The position numbers and the translations under genes were made by a program. Shown here piece after piece: positions 57,811 through 64,000 of a stretch of 64,000 nt of DNA (the stretch's first letter is position 1; each line of letters begins with the position of its first letter). The notes under the pieces were generated by a model, which did not search any database, was not told the DNA's origin, and saw nothing but the letters and a program-made list of their open reading frames with translations. The stretch lies in the UHGV virus genome UHGV-1376088. One strand, written 5' to 3'. Source of the DNA: a virus.

Positions 57811-58008
57811 TTATTGTCCTTTAGATTCTAATTCTTCTACTTGTGATTTCTTCACATCAATGAGGAATTCTGCATCTTGGAGGTCGTCCATTAGTGCCAT
57901 TGCGCCGCCCTGGTTTTCATTTGCCAGCATCTCTTGGATATTATCCTGAAGATTTCGACAATGACGTTTCAGGTCTTCTATTTGCTGAAGTAATAGATCT
58001 TTTTCCAT
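57811..58008 (-). CDS. small coiled-coil protein
   Basis: 65 aa, acidic and helical. Confidence 0.3.
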   Translation of the reverse strand: MEKDLLLQQIEDLKRHCRNLQDNIQEMLANENQGGAMALMDDLQDAEFLIDVKKSQVEELESKGQ

Positions 58009-58017
58009 TAATAGTCC

Positions 58018-61000
58018 TTACTCTTCAATTCCATATTTAGTCATGAGTGCTTTAGCTCTTTCTTCAACTTTGGAGATATTGCCTTCTACAAATTCAACTC
58101 CTGAGCCAACTGCTACTAGACGTATAGTGTTGGCATGTTGGTTTGCACCAAATCTAATTTTGTTGAATTCTACGTCAGATTTAATCGGTAATGTGATGAC
58201 ATACCATTTATCGTATTCATAGACTTTGCTAGGGTCAATACCTTTGCCATTGATCTTAACATCTGGGTAATGACGAACTTTGAAGCCGTTTTCCTCATTA
58301 GTTGTAATCAATGCAGGAGCGATGATATTGGCATCTTTCAGCCCAATGATTGAGAATGCAGAGCCGTTAGATCCACCTTTAGATTGTCTAAATGGAACGA
58401 TTATAGCTTTAGATTTGCCAGATTCAGATACAAAGCCTTCTGTTTCTAAGTATCTAAATCCTTTGCCATCAGAGTAGGCTGTGATCATTGACTTGTGACC
58501 ATCAAACTCTTTTACTGCGCCGGCCCAATCAACTGGATCTCCTGCCTTAGTAGAAGAGTTCAGGCTTTTTAGTTTCAGATTTCCAGCTTCTGCTGTTTCT
58601 GCTGCGCCCTCTAGAGAACTAAAGTCGAAGGTTGTTACAACAGGCTCACCTTGATCTTCTGGAGCTGGAGTTGGAACTGCAGGTACAGCTGGCTCTGGCG
58701 TTACCGGAGCGGGGCTCTCATTGCCTGACGGAGGATTTCCTTCACCTGGTGTTGGAGCTACTGGTTGTCCTGGTGTTTCCTCTGGTTTTGCAACAGGAGG
58801 TACTGGCGTGCCAGTATTTTCAGTGCTAGGTGGAGTTGGAGCTGCGTTTTGGTTAGATGCAAGTTTTTTCTCTAGCTCTGTAATCTTAGCTGTTAATTTG
58901 GAAATTTCTTCCATATTAATAACTGACTGATAGTATGTTGGTACATAGCTTTTATGTACACTACCATTGCTATTTTTACCAGTCCAAGGGGTTAGGCTTT
59001 GTTTCAGCTGGTCGTATTCATAGTTACCAATTACTTCACATGTCTCTAAGTTACCACCATAGAATCCAAGACTTTGGATACCGTCTCGATATTTCATAGT
59101 GTTTGACACGTATGGGTCACCAAATGGAAGTCTTCCTTTTTCTACACTTGTATATGGTGTTACGTCAGTGTAGTTAAATGCAAGGCTAGATCCTTTTAGT
59201 CTACCAACTAGGATTTGACGAGCAAAGTTTCCCTCTGGAGAGTTTTGTACCCAGTTTTTGGAGATAACGCATCCAAGCATTTCACCGTAATGTGGTTCAG
59301 AACCTACTAGCATACCGTATGTTGCAGTATTAACAAATGCAGTTGCTTCTGCTCCTGAACCGCCACCGCCTTCAAATCGGATAGTAGGTGGTTCTGAGAA
59401 TCGGCTTCCCATACGGTCTAGTTTTAGGTTTATAACTTTGCCATCTTTTATTTGTGCTGTTACTTTAGCACCGAATGCTTCTGGGCCACCGCCCTCTACA
59501 ATTACTTTTGGAGGAGTAGTGTATCCTGAACCAGGGTTTGTAATGGTCAATGCAGAGATATATCTTTGTCCCCAGAATTCACCGAATGGAAGTGCAAATG
59601 TGAATTGGTTGTTTTCGATCAAGTAGTGGTTATGGCCAAAGTTACATTGCAAGCCGCGCGGAGCATATACGACATTATCTGCCCATACTTGGTGACAACG
59701 CAACCACCATTTTTTACCGTCGCGTCTAAATTTAACACCTCTTGCACCATTAATAGGATGCAATCCGTACTGACCAGACAGGATTGTATTTCCTCTTACT
59801 TCGATATTACTATCTTGGTAATAGAAGGAATGTGGGTCTGGAATATCTTTGCTACCTGGAGTGTCGCTAATAAGTTTACCTGCAAATAGCTCTTCGATTA
59901 CTGTTGATACACCGTAATATTGAGCTTCGCCTTTGTTATTAATAATACGAACATTGTTACCGGTGTGGATATCCATTACCTTACGCATACCTCTACCAAA
60001 TACGTTGTCATGGATAAAGATGTTATCCATAGGCAGATAGCGAGATGTACATTGTTGATAGCCTGGATCCAGAGATGTGCCGCCACCGATACCGCGTGTA
60101 TGCTCTAGGTGTGCATCTGGGTGACCTACTACTGAGTCTGGAGCATAAATGCCAGTAAGTTCAAAACCTGAAGCACGAATACATTCGATACCGCAGGTGT
60201 AGTTATGAGTGAAGTATCCACCTGTAATTTTTGTATTAGTAGCAACAATACCTGCTCTGAATGCAGCTTCAGAATCTCGAGCATCAACCGCTTCGCCTGA
60301 TGGTGTGCCATATAGGCCGCAGTTAATTGCTCCACCTGTTAATCCTCGAACATCGAAGTCTCTAATAACAGTATTACGAGTTCCGAATAAACGCCATCCA
60401 TATGCACGGCTACCATGTTGACCGCCGCGCCATGTTCCCCATTTTTTAGAGGTTGTACCATCATCTTGTGGGAATGCAGATTCACCCTGAGCATTGAAGT
60501 ATCCACCAGCACTACGGAAACGTAATGAAGCTCCGTCTCTCAGCAGTTGCATGATTTTTTCTTCATTGAAGCCTTCTGGCTGCTCAATGTCTTGCGCTTC
60601 ATAACCGTTGTTCATGTATCCTGCTAGGTCATGACGCTGGGTAGTTGTATTAAAGCCTGCTTCAGCTGTACCTTTATCACCCATGCCTGTACCGATGTGA
60701 GGATTTTCTTTTGTCCATCCATCAATAGGTGGGAATAACATTTTATCTAGGTCCGCGCCTTTTTTATAGCTAAACTCTTGATATGCACGAGACAGGATTG
60801 TACCACCGTGAATAATCTCATTGTCAACTGAATCGCCGCAAAGATGGAATGCATCTTGGCCTGCTTCTTCGATTATAAACTTAGCAAGTTTGAAGTCGAA
60901 TTTATTGCCGACTGATTTGTAGAATGAGACACATGGTTGTTGGCCGTGAACAACTAATGTCATTGGGTCATTACGGTTGCGTCTAATTGATCGGTTGTCT

Positions 61001-61905
61001 GCACCGTAGTATTCGGGCTTGTAACCTTTGTTTTTGGTAAAAGGGAATACGCCGCCGCGAGAAGAAATGTAGCAATTAGAAGGAAGTTTATCATACCATT
61101 CTTGAATCAAACGAACGATTTGTTTCGCATCTTCTTTTCCCTCGGCCTTCTTATCTAGAGGCTCGTAGTATCGTGACGTTACTTTCTTGCGAAGCTCTTC
61201 TGTTAACGCATCTTCGATGTAGAAGATATTAGCCTCTAATGCTAAGCGTAAAGGAGATTTTAATTTTTCTCCACCTGAAGATTGCTCAATTTGCTTGTTA
61301 AGAATTTTTTCACTGACATTTTCTGAACCTAAGGCTTTGCTCACTTCAGTTTCGACTGTACTTGGTGTTACTACTTTTACACCAGTATTCTTGTCGTTAA
61401 CCTTAATGTCACCCTCATCGCCGACAGTGATATCTACTTTAGGTTGAACAATAGACTCTTTTGCCTCTTTTGCTTTTTCTAAGGCTTCTTGTGCAGTTGA
61501 TTTTGCAGTTGCAACATCTTGAGCCATTTCGCCAGTTTTCCTAGTTACCTCTTGAGTAACTTGCTCACCTACGACTCTTTCTGCAGCCTGTGCTGCTGCT
61601 TGCGTAGCGGCCTGAGTCGCAGCTTGAGTAGCTGCTTGTGTTGCAGCTTCGGTTGCCGCAGTTTTCACTTCCTCTTTGGTTGCCTGGGCTTCTTGTTTGA
61701 TTTGAGCAATGGCTTGTTCTGCTTCTGTTACTTTACCGCTGACAGTATTAGCAGTCTGAATAGCTTCTGCTGCCTTTTTCTCTGACTGGGTTTGAGACTC
61801 TTTTACTTTATCTAAGGTCTCTTTGATTGTGCTTTGAGCAGCCTTATTGGCAGCAATTTTCTGGGCCATTAAAAGGGTTACTGCATCTAAATTTGGAGTT
61901 GTCAT
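58018..61905 (-). CDS. tail fibre / tailspike protein (1295 aa)
   Basis: N-terminal coiled coil with A-T-Q-A repeats. A central region suggestive of a right-handed beta-helix, G/N-rich. A Pro-rich T-P-x-P linker precedes the C-terminal domain. Confidence 0.5.
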   Translation of the reverse strand: MTTPNLDAVTLLMAQKIAANKAAQSTIKETLDKVKESQTQSEKKAAEAIQTANTVSGKVTEAEQAIAQIKQEAQATKEEVKTAATEAATQAATQAATQAATQAAAQAAERVVGEQVTQEVTRKTGEMAQDVATAKSTAQEALEKAKEAKESIVQPKVDITVGDEGDIKVNDKNTGVKVVTPSTVETEVSKALGSENVSEKILNKQIEQSSGGEKLKSPLRLALEANIFYIEDALTEELRKKVTSRYYEPLDKKAEGKEDAKQIVRLIQEWYDKLPSNCYISSRGGVFPFTKNKGYKPEYYGADNRSIRRNRNDPMTLVVHGQQPCVSFYKSVGNKFDFKLAKFIIEEAGQDAFHLCGDSVDNEIIHGGTILSRAYQEFSYKKGADLDKMLFPPIDGWTKENPHIGTGMGDKGTAEAGFNTTTQRHDLAGYMNNGYEAQDIEQPEGFNEEKIMQLLRDGASLRFRSAGGYFNAQGESAFPQDDGTTSKKWGTWRGGQHGSRAYGWRLFGTRNTVIRDFDVRGLTGGAINCGLYGTPSGEAVDARDSEAAFRAGIVATNTKITGGYFTHNYTCGIECIRASGFELTGIYAPDSVVGHPDAHLEHTRGIGGGTSLDPGYQQCTSRYLPMDNIFIHDNVFGRGMRKVMDIHTGNNVRIINNKGEAQYYGVSTVIEELFAGKLISDTPGSKDIPDPHSFYYQDSNIEVRGNTILSGQYGLHPINGARGVKFRRDGKKWWLRCHQVWADNVVYAPRGLQCNFGHNHYLIENNQFTFALPFGEFWGQRYISALTITNPGSGYTTPPKVIVEGGGPEAFGAKVTAQIKDGKVINLKLDRMGSRFSEPPTIRFEGGGGSGAEATAFVNTATYGMLVGSEPHYGEMLGCVISKNWVQNSPEGNFARQILVGRLKGSSLAFNYTDVTPYTSVEKGRLPFGDPYVSNTMKYRDGIQSLGFYGGNLETCEVIGNYEYDQLKQSLTPWTGKNSNGSVHKSYVPTYYQSVINMEEISKLTAKITELEKKLASNQNAAPTPPSTENTGTPVPPVAKPEETPGQPVAPTPGEGNPPSGNESPAPVTPEPAVPAVPTPAPEDQGEPVVTTFDFSSLEGAAETAEAGNLKLKSLNSSTKAGDPVDWAGAVKEFDGHKSMITAYSDGKGFRYLETEGFVSESGKSKAIIVPFRQSKGGSNGSAFSIIGLKDANIIAPALITTNEENGFKVRHYPDVKINGKGIDPSKVYEYDKWYVITLPIKSDVEFNKIRFGANQHANTIRLVAVGSGVEFVEGNISKVEERAKALMTKYGIEE

Positions 61906-61914
61906 ATTGGCCTC

Positions 61915-62298
61915 TTAAGCTAGGATTTTTTCTATTTCGTTTTTGGTGCTATTACTAATATCTACGATTTTTGTAACAGTAACCTTTTCTATGATTTTTT
62001 CTTTTCCATCAGGAGTTACTTCTGTTTTAACTTCTGTTGATGTAGAAGAATCAATGGTGGGTCCGTCCAATTTAATATTCCCGTTTCCTGAACCAATATA
62101 TGAATTACTACCGTCTGAAGTTTCTCCTGATAGCACTTCTATTCTGTTTTCGTTTTTAAGACGATTAAGTGTATTATTTACAGAACGAATTGTGCTTGGG
62201 TTGTCAGGAATGTTTATTTCAGTTGGTTCGTCTTTGATTGTCTTTCCTTCGAATGTAATGTAATCATTCTTTCGAAGTTTTCTAACTACCCATTTCAT
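61915..62298 (-). CDS. small protein, paralog of the next ORF (M-K-W-V-V-R/K-K...Y-I-T-F-E-G)
   Basis: 127 aa. Shares an N-terminal about 60 aa domain with the 62318..62683 ORF. Confidence 0.35.
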   Translation of the reverse strand: MKWVVRKLRKNDYITFEGKTIKDEPTEINIPDNPSTIRSVNNTLNRLKNENRIEVLSGETSDGSNSYIGSGNGNIKLDGPTIDSSTSTEVKTEVTPDGKEKIIEKVTVTKIVDISNSTKNEIEKILA

Positions 62299-62317
62299 AT
62301 TATGACGTTACCTTTGC

Positions 62318-62683
62318 TTATAATTGATCGCTTGGATTAACGGTTTTTGGGCCATCCTCTTCGCCTCTATTTTCTTCTCTGGCTGCTGGAGGTGGTTCTA
62401 CCGGAGCTGGCTCTACTGGTACTGCTGGTGATGCCGGTTTAGGTTTAGCCAGTTCCTGTCTTTCATCTCTTTTGGCATAGACAGTTGTAACTTTTTCTGG
62501 GACATCGCCAGATACAATTTCGATACGTTTTTCACGTTTCAATCTTGATAAAGTGTTTTTTACCGCGCGAATTGCCGAACCATTGTCATCGCTAACTTCA
62601 ATTTCTGTATCGGTTGTTCCGATATTCACACCTTCAAATGTAATATATTCGTTTGGATAAACTTTTTTAACTACCCACTTCAT
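62318..62683 (-). CDS. small protein, paralog, with Pro-rich C-terminus
   Basis: 121 aa. Confidence 0.35.
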   Translation of the reverse strand: MKWVVKKVYPNEYITFEGVNIGTTDTEIEVSDDNGSAIRAVKNTLSRLKREKRIEIVSGDVPEKVTTVYAKRDERQELAKPKPASPAVPVEPAPVEPPPAAREENRGEEDGPKTVNPSDQL

Positions 62684-62949
62684 TTACTTGCCTCTTTATT
62701 GTAACCTTCAATTAAGTTTACTAGGTATTGTTTCTCAAGTCTGCAATTATGAACTTTCTCAATAAGCGATAATGAATGTTCGATTAATGCTCTCGATGTA
62801 GTTCCTTGTAGCTCTTGTATTTCCTCTTCACATTGTCCGTGCCTTACTTCTTCTGCTATTTGTATTTGTTGTGCTTTTTTAGGTTTTTGTGCAAAGGTAG
62901 AACATGCGCTCATGGATAATACTATCAGAGCTGTTAATAGCTTTTTCAT
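62680..62949 (-). CDS. o-spanin-like outer-membrane lipoprotein
   Basis: Signal peptide with lipobox L-S-M-S-A-C. 89 aa. Overlaps the upstream i-spanin-like gene by 4 nt. Confidence 0.45.
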   Translation of the reverse strand: MKKLLTALIVLSMSACSTFAQKPKKAQQIQIAEEVRHGQCEEEIQELQGTTSRALIEHSLSLIEKVHNCRLEKQYLVNLIEGYNKEASK

Positions 62950-63305
62950 TTTTTCAGCCTTTTGTTATATTCATTTTTGAAGTCTTCAGAAACACATTCT
63001 TTGTCAACTATAAGAGATCTAATTTCAGCGTTATTGTCTGATAACATATCTCTTAGCCCTTTTCGGCCTTCTCTAAATTGGGTTAGCATCGTTCCCTCTA
63101 CTTCCCTGATTCTATTTGCAAGGTCAACTGATGTTTTAAGATACATAGCTTCGGCATCAGTTCGCCCGCGCTGATATTGGCTTTGCCCATATTGATATGC
63201 TAGAGCAATACTAAGCCCAAAGATAAAGACAGCAGGAAGAACTTTTACCCATAAAGGCATAGCATCTTTTACATATTCAATAACGCTTTCTTTACTCAAT
63301 TTCAT
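62946..63305 (-). CDS. i-spanin-like type II membrane protein
   Basis: N-terminal TM helix L-W-V-K-V-L-P-A-V-F-I-F-G-L-S-I-A-L-A-Y then a charged periplasmic coiled coil. Confidence 0.45.
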   Translation of the reverse strand: MKLSKESVIEYVKDAMPLWVKVLPAVFIFGLSIALAYQYGQSQYQRGRTDAEAMYLKTSVDLANRIREVEGTMLTQFREGRKGLRDMLSDNNAEIRSLIVDKECVSEDFKNEYNKRLKK

Positions 63306-63317
63306 TTTTATTCCCCT

Positions 63318-63869
63318 TTAAGATCCTGGCAAGACAGTAGGCCAAGGTTCACTAGTCAGATACAAAATAGGACTTACCCTAATATCCCCAATATCTCTAT
63401 CAGTAGGTACTGGGTCAGTAAATTGGAAACGTAGCATATTAGCATCTCCGGGTCCACCTAAATACCAAGTTCCATAAGGCGTACCTTTATCGTTGTAGAT
63501 GCCGCCAATCATACTAAATTCTGATCTAAACCCTTCCGGTATTCCACGCAAACCCAAAATAAAAACGTTCCGCTCCCTATCTGATGGCTGGATAGAATAC
63601 CCTGGCCCACCACGTCGCACGATACCGAACCAACCCCACGACAAACCACCGAATTGATACATAACAGTATCGTTTTTTCTGCGTACTTTTAGATATGACG
63701 CGCCCAGTTTTGAAGCAATAGTCAGCGTTCGCCAGCCAGTATCGCCAGTCAAGACTTCCCAACCTTGGTTATTATCTCCTGTTCGTTTTATCCACTTCAA
63801 AGCGCCGTTTGTAGCAGCAGTATCAACATAAGTCGTTCCAACTGGTGCAACTACTTTACCGTTCGGCAT
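63318..63869 (-). CDS. hypothetical G/W-rich protein
   Basis: 183 aa. The - strand frame remains open toward the window end. Confidence 0.3.
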   Translation of the reverse strand: MPNGKVVAPVGTTYVDTAATNGALKWIKRTGDNNQGWEVLTGDTGWRTLTIASKLGASYLKVRRKNDTVMYQFGGLSWGWFGIVRRGGPGYSIQPSDRERNVFILGLRGIPEGFRSEFSMIGGIYNDKGTPYGTWYLGGPGDANMLRFQFTDPVPTDRDIGDIRVSPILYLTSEPWPTVLPGS

Positions 63870-64000
63870 GCCTTGACCGTGGATTTCATACTCATTGGCA
63901 GGTGCGTTTGTCGCCGGTTGACTTGGAAGCGTAACGCTTCCGCCACCGTCTGATAGAGTAAGAACATTTTCAGATAATGTTAGCTTTTGCGGAATGCCTA

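Noticed and set aside
1-64000. CRISPR arrays, tRNA or rRNA genes
   Set aside because: No regularly spaced identical direct repeats, no tRNA cloverleaf or T-loop (GTTCGAATC-like) signatures, and no rRNA-like segments were seen. The hairpin array at 48.2-49.0 kb has non-identical units and no spacer periodicity.

Overview
The window reads as a virulent T4-like bacteriophage genome segment, AT-rich with Shine-Dalgarno sites and a spanin pair, so the host is probably Gram-negative. From 1 to about 57.2 kb almost every gene is on the + strand and forms a replication and nucleotide-metabolism module. I recognise NrdC-like glutaredoxin, DHFR, thymidylate synthase, an ATP-dependent DNA ligase, a RecA/UvsX-like recombinase, a DnaE-type (Pol III alpha, PHP domain) polymerase, a T7 gp4-like primase-helicase, NrdA, NrdB, an NrdH-like redoxin, a dNMP kinase, a RuvC-like resolvase and a Cas4-like nuclease. 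From 57.3 kb to the window end the genes are on the - strand: a large tail fibre, small paralogous proteins and an i-spanin/o-spanin pair, convergent with a + strand M23 peptidase that is the endolysin candidate. The dnaE gene is split into five exons. It carries a mini-intein and four group-I-like introns: one holds a LAGLIDADG homing endonuclease, and one is about 7.3 kb with a 12-ORF cargo that includes a radical SAM enzyme and a spermidine-synthase-like methyltransferase. A related ORF-less intron splits recA, and nrdB carries a 296-aa intein. The candidate novel system is a contiguous E2-like / JAB-MPN+ / E1 (ThiF-like) ubiquitin-like conjugation module at 18.0-21.1 kb, followed directly by a divergent reverse transcriptase at 21.1-22.7 kb. 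A ThiS/MoaD-like beta-grasp ORF and a SpoVG-like gene lie a few kb upstream in a cluster with distinct codon usage. An 850-bp noncoding region packed with perfect hairpins precedes nrdB. I saw no tRNA, rRNA or CRISPR. Every functional call rests on motifs read by eye, and no database search was possible.
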